From NCBI RefSeq assembly GCF_001194135.2, contig NC_068988.1, positions 70,609,894 through 70,673,893 of the forward strand: DNA of 64,000 nucleotides. Reading direction: 5' to 3'. The DNA is from Octopus bimaculoides. Lineage: Eukaryota. The position numbers were made by a program, and so were the translations under genes. The notes under the pieces are model-generated. The model saw only the letters and a program-made list of their open reading frames with translations, was not told where the DNA came from and made no database searches. Below, piece by piece: positions 13,164-26,937 of the stretch; the stretch's first letter is position 1, and the number at the start of each line of letters is the position of its first letter.

Positions 13164-14574
13164 GGACTGCTGAGTGTAAGTTAATGTTTTGTTTTTGCTG
13201 TTGTTATTGATGTTGATAGTGTTTAGCTCAATTCAGCCAAGATGGAGGAGGTATACAATCAAAGAGTTATAAGCACAAATGTCTTTCCATTCTGTTATTT
13301 TGTGTATGAAAGACAAGACTATCAAATGCATCCTTCTTTTCAAGAGGGTCATAGTAAGAGGAACATTCCGCACACAGTGTGTCGTCAACTCAAGTATAAA
13401 GTAAGGAGAAACGTTAAGGTACTACTTCACGCTTTACTTCATCTGTCTGATATCTCTGAGCATAAATTCCTTGAAATATGTAAAGGTAACATCTTTGGAA
13501 GTGGTTTCTCTAACATTATGCTAAATGACAGCACAAGTACGATTAAAATTAAATGTAGACAGCTTAAAATTGTGATGGCTGTAATTATTATTATTGTTCG
13601 TATTATTTTTATTCTTGTGTAGTCTCTTTGATCAAAAGCATTCAAGCCATAATCATTCCCTCTTTTTATTCTGCAATAATGCGTCTAAGACTACATTTTT
13701 CAATATGTTCTTTCTTAAGAAGGTACATGCTTCTTCAACAAAATATGGCTACTTTTCCGAGATGTTAGCATTCCTATACGTAAAGGGCCCATCTTTGGCT
13801 AGAAAATGATTGAACTGGTTATGTGGCACATAATTGGAAACGGAATCTGCAGATATGGTTGGATATTGGTTTCAAATTTTGGCACAAGGCCAGCAATTTC
13901 GAGGGAGCAAGTCAATTACCAGTACTCAATTCGTATGTATTTTATCGATCCCAAAAGATGAAAGGCAAAATGGACTCGACAAGATTTTAATTTAACGGTT
14001 GGATAATATTGTCTGATCAAAGTAATGGAAGTTATGTTTATATTTTTTGTGTGAAATTTTAGGTATATAAATGGAAAAATACTGACAATGTGTTAGTTGT
14101 TCAATACATCTACAATTTCATAGATTGAACTGGTAAAGAACTGAAATTATTTTATATAGTTATATGTTATGCCAATTGCTGGAAAAAAAAAGGAGTTCTT
14201 TGGCTATTCATTTTCGGTATTGGCGAAGACAGCAGTGACAATAGTGTGCATATGTAACCAGTGTCAGAAGGAATTAGACATATTCGTTTTAAAACGAGTG
14301 GTAGACCGTTTTGTTACCGCTGTAGACCGACAAACTATACACACATACACACACACACACACATACATTTTTAAGTGAATTGATATTGATATATCTATTT
14401 ATATGTGTGTCATTATATGGGTTTGTATTTATATATATGTATGTGTGTGTGTGTATGTCTGTATCTGTGTGTGTGTGTATGTGTGTATGTATGTATAGAT
14501 AAGGATATATATGACTATATATGTGCGTGTGTCTCTAACAGCTTCTATGTGTCATCTATCTGTCTACCTATGCA

Positions 14575-14606
14575 TCTCTCTCTCTCACCCTCTATCTCTC
14601 TCTCTC

Positions 14607-14677
<71 letters not shown>
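14575..14677. repeat. (TC)n microsatellite
   Basis: Seen directly. Confidence 0.95.
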
Positions 14678-14687
<10 letters not shown>

Positions 14688-14799
14688 GCATAACACTTTG
14701 ATCTTAGCCTAAATGCTGTATACGTACAGCACGAATACATACCAATAAATTCCAACAGATTTGCATTTGAACAAGACAAGAATATGCGTCTCAGGAGGA

Positions 14800-15125
14800 G
14801 TCCATAAAGCTTAAAATAATGTTAAGCAAGTAACACATCAGTCTGTGTGAAAAGTATATAGCGGAATAAAACACTCTAAATATGTTCACACATGACAAAA
14901 TACATATCAAAAATTATTTATATTTGTCGGAGAGTAATTGTGAAAACACCAGCAACTCAGGATTTTAGAAATAAAAGCCATATCACTGGATTTCGTCCTG
15001 GTTATTATGAACACAAGAAATAAATGATACGCAGTCAATGGGTGGCTAACTTCCGAGAACGAATACTCTCACATGCTAAAGGTGCTGACGGACATTTCAA
15101 AATTTTAGTTTTATTGAATTAAATT
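14800..15125 (+). mobile_element. Possible Tc1/mariner-family transposase C-terminal remnant
   Basis: NFRERI...GADGHFK resembles the NF..R...C....GGHF terminal motif; very degraded. Confidence 0.3.
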
Positions 15126-15656
15126 CATTCATATGAGTGTCTGTATGCGTGTGTGCGTGTGTGTGTATGTGTATGTATATACATGCTTTCTAATAATTTG
15201 TGGCACTCAACGTTATTTCATTTTAACATGACTATACTGTGTATTATACTGTTTAACTTTTATATTATACTTTACACTTTATATTTTATGCGTTTGAGTT
15301 TTGGACAGCGGTATTTCATCAGACGAATTGACTTCAGCAGTTATTTTTTTAAAACTTAATATTTATTCTCTCGGTCCTTGTGCAAACCCTTAGGTTATGT
15401 AGAAGTAAACAAACACTGGTTGTCAAGCGGTTGTGAGGGACAAACACAAATACACACACAGGCACACACAGGCACACACATACACGCACACACTTTCACA
15501 CACGCACACACTCTCACACATGCACACACACGTGTGTGTGTTTGTGTCTGTATATTATGTAAGTAGATAGGGTAAAATCTCAGCTGTCTCCTTTTGAAGC
15601 TTATCTGCTTATTCCAGTACTATCTTGGATGTAATTGCTGTCGTTATATATACATA

Positions 15657-15688
<32 letters not shown>

Positions 15689-16944
15689 TACACNNNNNNN
15701 NNNNNNNNNNNNNNNNNNNNNNNNNNNATATATATATATATATATACATATATATAGATATATATACATGCATACACACACACAAACACTCACTCACCCA
15801 CACACACATACACACACATATTTTGGGCTTTTAGTTTCTGCCTGCCGAATCCACTCCCAGGACTTTGACCAGACCAAGCTATAACAGGAGACACTTTGCC
15901 CAGCAGCTACGCAGTAAAACTTAACACGGAACTATGTGGCCCGAAAGCAAACGCTTTACAGCACAGTTCATGTGTTTAGAAAAGGAAACAACAATTGCTG
16001 CCTATATGAAGAGAATGTTACACGACTCTATAGGTTGATGTTACACAAATTATTAATTATCTACTGTGATGGCGAGTCGTTCATCACGAAACTTAGTATC
16101 TTTGATGAAACGATGTTATTTTCCTCATATCTCATTGAACAGTTTTTATCTATCTTTATGTGTGCGTCCAGTTACAACTATGCACTTGCATTTGTTAGCA
16201 TAGCTACTCTGAAATATTTCTTTAGATGAGAAAAATCTGACAGACGTGTAGCGTTTTTAAGACTGGTTATCTGAAATATAGATAAAAAGGACGAGAACCG
16301 TCTTTAAAATTATACAAAGTTTGAGGCATGCTAAAATGCTGAAGATTCATTGTCATGATATCAGCCTAATTCTTTTTTATTGGAAATAAGTCTTTGAATT
16401 TATAGAAATTGATGAGTTTGGATGTTCTGTTTGTGAGAGAAAGGACATTGCACATCATTAATACGAATCCTTCTTTGATCATATGGATAGTTGGAAAACG
16501 ATGAGAGATATTTATTGTTAATATGGGTCTTGATGATTTTGAGTTTTAGTGTACAATAGAAAGATATGATGTTCATGCCTTTAACAACTTCAGCGCCTGA
16601 CATTATATCGTTATAGATAATAACTAAGAGAAACATTGTAAGGTATTGGGGAAGAAAGGAAGAAACACTGTAGAATATTACATTCATCTTTGATCTACTT
16701 GAGGTAATACATTAGCGACTCCATATCTATGAGAGATCAGAATCGTCGTCGTCATCGTCATCATCATCAGCAGCACGAGCATTTTCTCCAAGAAATAGAA
16801 AGCAAACGCACGAAATGTTCCTGATTTTACATAACTTATCAGATTTACTATATTAAACCATTCATCAGAGAAAGAAAACACGCCCATCCATACACGCTTA
16901 CATGCGTGTATATTGCATAAAGATACATATGTGAATGTGTATGT

Positions 16945-16954
16945 ATGTGTGTGT

Positions 16955-17046
<92 letters not shown>
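16945..17046. repeat. (TG)n microsatellite
   Basis: Seen directly. Confidence 0.95.
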
Positions 17047-17049
<3 letters not shown>

Positions 17050-17615
17050 AGGTAATTCTTTTTAATAAATTGACATATGATGGTATTAAATCAATTTTCC
17101 TATATTTTGCAACACATTAATCAGAAAGTATATGACATATTACGTTATATAGAAAAATAAATTAAGTATTGTACAACGGTTTAGACATACCATTTAAATC
17201 TCTGATTCTGATTATACATATCACTTCTGCCAATTTCTGGTAAAGAGTTAATGATTTAATTACCTTCCACTAATGCTTAATTTAGTTAATTTAATTTAAA
17301 ACAGAAATATTTAAAATATTCAGAGAGAATTTAGGAACAATATGTGAAATATTTCATGACTAGATTTAAACATCATATAACACAATGATTTCTCATATTC
17401 TGCGTTACAATTATTTCAAAGTAAGTTATGAAGTGCTATTAATCACTGGTGTATTTTCTTACTTAATGATACAAAAATAAGAGTGCGTTTGTATGCATGG
17501 AAACGTCTGTATACATTTGTAACTATTACAAAATATATAACGATAAATCAGAATGTGTATCATTCTGTGTATGTGAGCTTGTCTGTGTCTATACGTGCAT
17601 ATGTACTGTATCCGT

Positions 17616-17659
<44 letters not shown>

Positions 17660-19117
17660 GCTTATATACATACATACACATATATATATATGCATACACA
17701 CACACACTCACACATACACACGCACACACACATATATATATGTATATATNNNNNNNNNNNNNNNNNNNNNNNNNNNNNNNNNNNNNNNNNNNNNNNNNNN
17801 NNNNNNNNNNNNNNNNNNNNNNNNNNNNNNNNNNNNNNNNNNNNNNNNNNNNNNNNNNNNNNNNNNNNNNNNNNNNNNNNNNNNNTATATATATATATAT
17901 ATATATATGTATAAATATATATATATGTATGTGTGTATGTATGCATGTATCTAACACTAACCATAAGGATGCACTGGGCGTCTAACTTGTTTGGAAGTAG
18001 GAGTCAAGGCCCCAATAAACTACCTGCAGCACTGAAAATATGACAGAGAACAAGCAGAAGGACGCACTGGGCTTGCTTGAAAATATTCAGATGTGAACAT
18101 TCATAAAGATATTATTGTTGATATTATCTGCGGTGAATATAAGATATTGATAACACTGGGAAACAGAGCAATTATTCTGTGCTGATGAAGATAAATAACC
18201 CAGAAATTGCGATACACAGATATTGAGCTTAGTGGGGATGCTATTTCAGCTGAGTGGTGATGCTAAATTCCTTTGTTCGAAAATATAAGGACACAGATCG
18301 TGTCGTATAGCCAGCTGGAGACGTTGTCTCATGGGGCTAAATTACAGCAAAATTAGTCCTAAAGCAGGACTGCCATGTTATGCGGGCAAAAAATCTTTAC
18401 TACAGAGCTTTCGTTGTCTGATGTTAGAGGCATGTTTCCTACTAATTCGGGGGTGCTGATTTCAAAACTGAAATCCATTTAGCTCTGTTACGTCAGGATT
18501 TTTCACAAATTGAGATCTCCAGTTTTCAACATTTCTGGTATTGTCACCATTTCTAAGGATAGATTTGACTTCATCAAATGCGAAACCATTTATAGAGCTT
18601 GAAATAACTTTGAAAACATAGTTTTGCAATGTCGTTTAAAGTAAATACAACTACAAAAGTGAAAACAAAAGTTATGTTTTAGGTATCCTTAGTAAATTAA
18701 AAGAATCTACCTTGAGAAACTTTTAATATATTCAACCTAATCAGTTTCACATGTTATGAGGATGACAGAAATGTCCTTCATACAATTAGATGCTAACAAA
18801 CAACATATTTTGTGGCCTTTGACAACATACGTTTCATATTTGCGGAATTCATCTGCAGATATGTCCCCGCTTTGCTTGATTTAGTGTGACTATCAATGAA
18901 AAGTAGATGAGACATGTTTTGTTGAACATTTAACTGTCAGGTGGGAAAGCATTTTCAGACTAGTCAACAGTTAGAAGGTAAGCAAATGCAGATTTGTGAT
19001 GGCAAAGTTCCATAAAAAGCATACATACCATGAAGATTTTTTTACAGCTTTTTCACCATGCTTCACGAAAAGTCACCTTGACCCATGTGACCCCAATCAA
19101 AACATTAAGGGCTACTT

Positions 19118-19194
19118 AACCACTACACCATATGCCCAGGGGCATATGGCGTAGTGGTTAATAATAATAATAATAATAATTATAATAATAGTGT

Positions 19195-19239
<45 letters not shown>

Positions 19240-19392
19240 TCGAAAAATACCTTAGGAATGAGAACCCAGGTTCGAAATTTCCCCAAGACATCTGAAGAAG
19301 GAGCGTATATCATCCGAAAAGTTGTGTTAACAACAAGATGCGGACAAATATCCGTCGAATGTAAGTAATGTAAATAATGTAAATAATGTGTT
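19118..19392 (+). mobile_element. Solo Penelope-type terminal repeat copy
   Basis: Shares GCATATGGCGTAGTGGTT, (TAA)n, CATCGAAAAATACC, GGTTCGAAATTTCCCCAAGACA and ACAAATATCCGTC with 56288-56505. Confidence 0.75.
19287..19329 (+). ncRNA. Degenerate hammerhead ribozyme remnant
   Basis: GACAT-CTGAAGA-AGGAGCGTATATCATCC-GAAA-AGTT-GTGTT; stem II is partly deleted and C15.2 is mutated relative to the copy at 56424. Confidence 0.45.
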
Positions 19393-20892
19393 TAACTGTC
19401 TTTTATGAAAATTGGAATTTTGAATGTGCCCGTAATGTTTTCATTGGGGTCACATGGGTCAAGGTCACTTTTCGGGAAGCATGGTCAAAAACCTGTAAAA
19501 TGAATTTCATGGTATGTATGCTTTTTATGGAACTTTGCCATCACAAATCTGCATTTGCTTACCTTCTAACTGTTGACTAGTCTGAAAATGCTTTCCCAGC
19601 TGACAACTCGTTTGAACATGTTTTGTATTTCAGAAATATGGCCAGTTGTGAAAGAAGAGGATGTAAAAACAGTCCCGATGTCTTCTGCTTATGTCTGGAA
19701 TAGGCAGTGAAACAAAATCACAGATTTTTGAAGAAAGCTTACCTTACTTACTTTAGCATGAAACTGGGTGACTAGAAAAAGCTTGAGCGTCCCATATAGT
19801 GTGCAAAACATGTGTGGAAACATTGAGACAGTGACTGCTTCAAATAGTTAAACAGAAAGTTTCCAGCTTTGTCTTGTGAGAAAAATAAGGTTGGAGTGTT
19901 TGATGGGCCACAGATTAGGTGACTACGCAGGACGAGCTATTTTTGGAGACCAAGTCTGGCATTGAAAAAGAAGCATGGAAATATTTAGCTGCAGTTGTAT
20001 ATGATTTCCTGCGAAACAGGAATCCAACAAATTATGAAGATCTTGTGCAGACCCTGTTAAGCAGTTTTTGAGCACAGGGCTGCAATACGAGTGTAAAAGT
20101 GCATCTCCTGCACAGTCATCTGGACTATTTCCTTGAAAATCCTAAGGCAGTAGTGACGAGCAAAGAAAAAGATTCCACCAAGATATCGAGAACAAGGGGA
20201 CTCGGTATCAACGCAGATGGAACACCAACATGGTACAGTCTACTGTTGATCACTGCAAAGAGACTGTCATGATGCAATTTATTCACATAAAGAGTAATTT
20301 CATTCCTTGAGGAGTTGAAACACCAGATTGACAGCAATATCTATTGTAAGATGTGTAATTAAACATTTTGTGTATCTGTTAAACAATAAAAAGTATTATT
20401 TAGTCTGTGTTAGTTTCTTATTTCAGTATTGCATGTAATGGTAAAATTGACAGTTTTTGAAAAAAAAAAATGAATTCCTGTTTAAAAAGAAATTTGATGT
20501 GACAGAATATTTCTGGGGGAATTTCTGAACACAACACTATCAAATTAGGTAGGACTAATTGTAAAAAGCGACACAACTAAATTTTTGTTTTTGAGATGTT
20601 CCTCAGTGTAATAACAACAGCAATAATATAGGTGGTTACAGGTATTAAATAGCATCGAATAGCCATAAAATTAAAATTAGCTCTAAGCATAAGGACGACC
20701 TGGGCGTCTAACGTGTTTAGAAATTTCAATAAAGAGGGAATAGTAACAATAATCATGTCTTTATGAATGTTCGCATCTGAACATTAACTCCTTATTGAAA
20801 TATTTGCACTGAGACAGTTCTGCTTTAGGCCCAAAACAAATCAGAACGCCGACAGAGTTCAACGTGACGTGTTTTGAACTTTTTCTTCTAGG

Positions 20893-20938
20893 AAAGTGTG
20901 GGGGAGTAGTTATGACATAAACTACTCCGCCACACTTT
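20893..20938. other. Isolated GC-richer hairpin
   Basis: AAAGTGTGGGGGAGTAGTT-ATGACATA-AACTACTCCGCCACACTTT: 19-bp stem with one mismatch. Confidence 0.8.
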
Positions 20939-22839
20939 TATTTACAGTTATTTTTACTTTTTATTTACTTCCTTTATTTACATCTACCCTATAGCGATTT
21001 CAGATTGCCCTTGGTTTTAAATTTAACTGAGCAGTTATAGAGATGGCTGGACTTTGGTCAGTCTCATTACGGACAACAGGTGGTTGGTGTTTAGAATATT
21101 TGAGTAAGTATACTATTGTAACAACTCTATGGGTGTTTTTTGGAGAAATATTAATTAGCTCTATTTACGAAATCCTAAGTATTATTCTTTTTCTAGAATT
21201 ATTGGCGTATCCTGTTAAACTTAAGTACTAGTTTTATTTTCTTATTCTCTGTACACCCTGGTACCCCTAAAGAAAGATTAACCCACGAGTTATTTTTCTA
21301 GTTTATTCGCTAGTTTTTTCACCTGCTCATGGACTTCAAGTTTTTCACTGCAAAATGGTATGATTCTAATTTCTTTCCTCTTCCCTCTTCTGTTCTTTTA
21401 TTTTATGTATTTGTATCCACTCTGATGAAACTCCATGCACTAAATCGGATGTGCTATAAAAATGATGAATATTATTCTCATAATTCATTTTTTTTATGGC
21501 AGCGACTGACATTGGCAGCAGAAACGGCTGTAAGCAATGTTCAAGTTGTATATTAAGAATATTTAACCGATGGTATTCAACTTGTTGATCAAAAGGTTTC
21601 TCCATTTTCTGCTCATTTTAAATTTGATTCTTCACAAACTCTTGTTTATTCTGTTATTACTTGTATATTATGTGCATAGTATGCTTGCATAATCATGCCC
21701 AAGATTAACATAGGTAAGTTATACCGGTAATTTATAAAGGATATGCTAATCCCTTAGACGGTTATTCCAACTGCTAACTCTACTTACCTTCAAATATAAA
21801 TATATAAATATATACATGTAGATACACATAGATATATAGAGAGTATATAGATAATTATGACTAAATGTATTCATGAGATAAACACATATAGTGCTATTCA
21901 GCACACTCAGTCACAATTAGTGTCAATTAAATATATATATATATATATATATATGCAGAGAGAGAAAAAAACCAAAAGTATTTTACACCACACGGGTAGA
22001 ATTATAGGAAAAATAGATGTTGAAAATGCTCTGAGAATAGTTAAAATATTTTTCTATCATTATATTTAAAGATTTAACCGGTTTCACAGTTTACACTGAT
22101 TTTCAGACATCTAAAATAGAAAGACATGACTTAGGTCGCAGCAGTTTCCTTCTGACTAGTATATGAAGCTTACCCTATTGTTATAAGGGGTTCGTGGCTC
22201 AAATTAATATGTTTTCAATAGGATTTGATTAGTAAGATGATAGTCACGTTACTTGTCTTAAGTACTTGAATCCAAATACTTAAATATATGTAAGTAGATT
22301 GTCTTAACCAAATTTGCCTTCGTTTTATTTCTGTAGTTATCACCAGTGTATTTATGGCGATTTAATAACGAGTTTTGACTGTTATTTCAAGCAGGTAGAC
22401 ATACTTAGTATGCCTTTGGACTAATTTTAATCCCTCGGCTATATAAATGCTATTTTCTGGCCTGCTGTCGCCTGTAACGTTGATTCTGTTATTACCATTC
22501 TTAAATTAGTTACATTGGATAATAATAGAATTAACGATACCTTTGTAAATTAATTATATATATNNNNNNNNNNNNNNNNNNNNNNNNNNNNNNNNNNNNN
22601 NNNNNNNNNNNNNNNNNNNNNNNNNNNNNNNNNNNNNNNNNNNNNNNNNNNNNNNNNNNNNNNNNNNNNNNNNNNNNNNNNNNNNNNNNNNNNNNNNNNN
22701 NNNNNNNNNNNNNNNNNNNNNNNNNNNNNNNNNNNNNNNNNNNNNNNNNNNNNTATATATATATATATGGTGGTGCACCAGCATGACCGCAGCCACTTGG
22801 CTGAAACACATAAATAAATAAAATATATATATATATATA

Positions 22840-22883
<44 letters not shown>

Positions 22884-23223
22884 ATAATCCTGAAACGGCA
22901 CAAATTTCTATTGCAGCACTCGACGCGAGTTCGAAGCTCTTAAATTGGTGTCACAAGGGAGTTCGAAATTATGGTGTTGTAGAAAGTCCAGTTACCACAG
23001 TAGTAAATCCAATGTGTCTGTCTAGTGAAAAGTAGAATATACTTCAAACATGAAAACAAACAGAAATTTAAGCAGGTCATTAATGACCAGGTGATATTGT
23101 TTCTTACGACTGTGTTTTTAACGCCATTGCATGTTTTATGTCAAAAAGTTTCTAGTTTTAAGCATTAGAGTAGTACTTCAGCCGACTTGCATCAAAAGAA
23201 GCAATCTAATAGCGGGTGCAATA

Positions 23224-23276
<53 letters not shown>

Positions 23277-24550
23277 GTATACATGCATCAATACATACAT
23301 ACATAATGCACGCGCACACACAGAGGTAAACGCATACATTTTCTCACTGTGAATTTATTTGTCAATGGGATGCATTTTATATGTTTTACATAAACTTAGC
23401 TTTCGCTATGTGTTAGAAAACTGGCATAAGAAATATTTTCAGTTGGAACACTGCACACTATTTCCTTTAATATATTGATTATTCTCTCCATCATTCTTCT
23501 AAAGATTTATTGATCTGCCTGCTCTTCCAAATGAAAATTATCTAAAGCTCACTAGAAATCCCCTTAAAGTATATTCTAGCAACATATGTATCCGTTCACA
23601 TACATGAGACTAGCCATATCCAATGGAATTTGAAATCAAAAGGCAATAACCGGATCATTATAAGCTCTAATATCCTATTATATCTCACGCGTCTTCCTCT
23701 ATTACTAGTTCCACAAGTTGCAATATCTCTCTCATTCTCCCTTCTCTCTTTCTCTATCACTCTCTTTCTCACTGACTCTTTCACTCAATCTATTCCTCTC
23801 CGGAGTGCATAACAATTTATCGCAGATTTATCCTTATAAGCAAAAAATTTGAATTTGTCAATTTTTGCAGACACTTCCACCACTATTCCACAGGTAAAGA
23901 GCAGATACATTTACTTGCATAAATTATTGATTTTCTCTGCCATGAATGAGAGTCCATATTCCAAAAGCAATAATATGATCATCACCTTTGAGTTTTCCCC
24001 AACAAGAGATGCTTGTATATTGCTCACAGTATTCCTATATCACTATACTTTTAAAATATCACGTTTAGTACACGTGTAAATGATAACAGCCATTGTTTCA
24101 ATACATGGTAATTAATAAATTGGAATTTATTTTGCGATTTCTGATTTTTTTCTGCAACCAAATATGTATCCGTGTGCACACACACGCACACACATACACA
24201 CACATATTATATATATANNNNNNNNNNNNNNNNNNNNNNNNNNNNNNNNNNNNNNNNNNNNNNNNNNNNNNNNNNNNNNNNNNNNNNNNNNNNNNNNNNN
24301 NNNNNNNNNNNNNNNNNNNNNNNNNNNNNNNNNNNNNNNNNNNNNNNNTATATACATATATATATTTATACGAACATACATACACGCATAAAACAGACTT
24401 AAATATACATACACAATATAAGCATATAAATAAATATACACATCCTTATACGTGTTCGTATGTATGTACGTACAATGACAAGTATATTTATTCGTGTGCT
24501 TATACTTCAGACAGATAGGCAGGGAAACAGGTAAATAAAAATAGAGATGA

Positions 24551-24591
<41 letters not shown>

Positions 24592-26847
24592 GAGTAAGCA
24601 AAATCCGAAAGACTATTTCAACTATATTTCGTAAACAATCAATAACATTGTATAGACCATTTGGAAACTTCAGAAAAACAGCTTCTTCCATCTTATTTCA
24701 ATCATTGTTATATATTTTGTATTTCCTATTCTCCTGAATAGAGATGTTTGACAAAATCAGAACGGTGATGTAAACACAAACAGACTATAAACTGCATTTA
24801 AAATAACTAGCTGACATTTTGATTGTGAAACCTTAGAATATTATTCAGAATTTAGTTTTACGTATGCATATTCATGACAAGGAACATTTATAGAAAATTT
24901 ATATATGTTAGAAATGAAGACGACTATCAAACTGCTGGGACATGATATTCAGGTTAAATATATATTCACAGTAAACGTGATATATTTGCCAAATGAAGAC
25001 AATAGTATGTTTGATTCAATGTTGCAATTGATTTTCCATGGATATATATCCATATTGACTTTATCAGAGATTGTAGGTATTTTTTTCTTTTTTGTATCTC
25101 TATATTTGTAGAGTTTTTGTGCTGTAGGTGTGAAAATTTTCCAGTGAAACACCTTTCCCTATGCATTTTTAGCACCTAACTTATATTTTGCTTAGGAATG
25201 CAATACGGATTTTTTTTTTCAAATGTAATTACTAAAAACCTATTTGGATCTAAACACAAAATGTTCGCTCCTAAAATATGACGGTGTATATCTAGTGGAA
25301 ATTTATAGGGTTTTATGAACTGTTTCAAAAGTCGGTATTTAATAGAAATATATGTTTTATACTAACTATTACACATAGTCATGGAGGAGAGAAATAGTGA
25401 CCATCACGTTTATGATTAATATGTCTGGTTTCGCTTCTTAAGTTTAAATCTGCTGATAAATACTTAAGCAGTGCTTCTAAAATTAAGTGCTAAATGTTAG
25501 AAAGGTAGATAATGTTAATTACGTTATAAATGTAGAATGTGTTAAAGAGAAAAGAAATTCCATATGTTAGATGATAGCATTTGATATAAATATGTGAGAA
25601 GCGAAAGAAAGAAACCCAGTAAAAAATAGTCAACTATCTTGAAAAAATCTTAGTAGAATGTAAGATAAGAGTTTTTGTATTTAGTATTTATTAACGGTCT
25701 ATAGAATTTCAGAATCTTTATTATAAATATGTGTATAAATCATTGGTTGCAGCATACAAGTTATGTCAGCTTGCATGACGGTCTTAATCAGAACCATTGT
25801 GTAGCTGTGATATACTTTTTCTTTGCTGTGTAGGAGACTTTCTCACAGGATCGTGCAAAATGGCATTTCCAAATATCTATTTATCTGGCGTCAGTTTCTA
25901 CTAGACTTCAATTACTTAATTTCATAATGAAATGAAATTGTTCATGGAGGAGGAGATGGTGGGATAGTGCAAGTGGTGATGATGATAATGCTTGTGGTTT
26001 TGATTTCTTGATGTATGTGATGGGTTTCTGTATTTTGTTGATGTTATTTTTGGTAGTGGTCGTTATGGAATTTTAATTTTGTTCATGATTCAAGTGGTGG
26101 TCGTGGTAATAGTGATAATCACAAAGGGGTAAGGACCAATAATGATCTTATTCAAAGATATAAATATACATATATGTCTATAATATACATAGACAAGCAT
26201 CCTCAAATACAAAATGTTAACTCTAGGACTTCAGATTTAACTTGATGTTATTATTTTTCCTATCATTATAAGAGTCAAATCAATTTTCTTCAGTCTGTTG
26301 CTTCTAGACAACTTGACTTCACTAAAATAAATTTACAACTACTTCTTTAAAATAAATAAATAAATAAATAAATTTATGTAAAAAGAAAATTACAGCGAAC
26401 AAAAGTAAATTTCAGAAACCCTCATAAAAATGTCTGCTATGAAATTAACCTCATAAACAGAATAAATAGACTTTTTGAATTTTTAAAAACATTATGTTTT
26501 ATGTTTGATCTTCATAGAGCTTGGACCTTTTCTTAATTTAATTTCAGTTTTATGATATTGTTTATATATTTTATTAATGATTAATTTTTTAGTTATGTCT
26601 TTCTCTTTAATTTCCTCTTTTCTATTTTCATGTGTATATGACAGCCAACTTTATAATGTCTCTTGTATTGTTTTCTGTATGCAAGATCTGTGAGTATAAA
26701 TGGATTAGTATTATGCTTTTGGAGTATGTGTTTGTTTCTTAGTGAATATAGATATGTGTGTGTGTGTATGTGTGTGTGTATGTATGTATGTATGTATAAA
26801 ACACACACACACACACATATATATATAACATATATACATATATGTAA

Positions 26848-26850
<3 letters not shown>

Positions 26851-26933
<83 letters not shown>
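26851..26933. repeat. (TA)n microsatellite
   Basis: Seen directly. Confidence 0.95.

Positions 26934-26937
<4 letters not shown>

Larger units (their letters stand above)
18935..19605. repeat. Long inverted repeat (arms 18935-19112 and 19428-19605, ~178 bp)
   Basis: GGGAAAGCATTTTCAGACTAGTCAACAGTTAGAAGGTAAGC... is the reverse complement of ...GCTTACCTTCTAACTGTTGACTAGTCTGAAAATGCTTTCCC. Confidence 0.9.
18154..20608 (+). mobile_element. Chapaev3-like (CMC) DNA transposon, internally deleted
   Basis: TAA|CACTGGGAAACA...TGTTCCTCAGTG|TAA (CACTG termini, 3-bp TAA duplication); transposase remnants from ATG 19638: CKNSPDVFC, KLGD, HIVCKTCVE, GVFDGPQIR, LHSHLDYF, RFHQDI. The family name is from recall of this motif set. 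Confidence 0.7.

Noticed and set aside
13242-13809. ORFs 13242-13622 (+) and 13439-13645 (-) as exons
   Set aside because: No recognisable motif; the hydrophobic stretch comes from an (ATT)n-like tract.
16400-16740. Very old CR1-like RT remnants (also ~10430-10860 and ~57030-57260)
   Set aside because: Motif matches are too degraded to support by eye.
21415-21460. Hammerhead at CTGATGA near 21422
   Set aside because: No downstream stem II plus GAAA; a chance heptamer.
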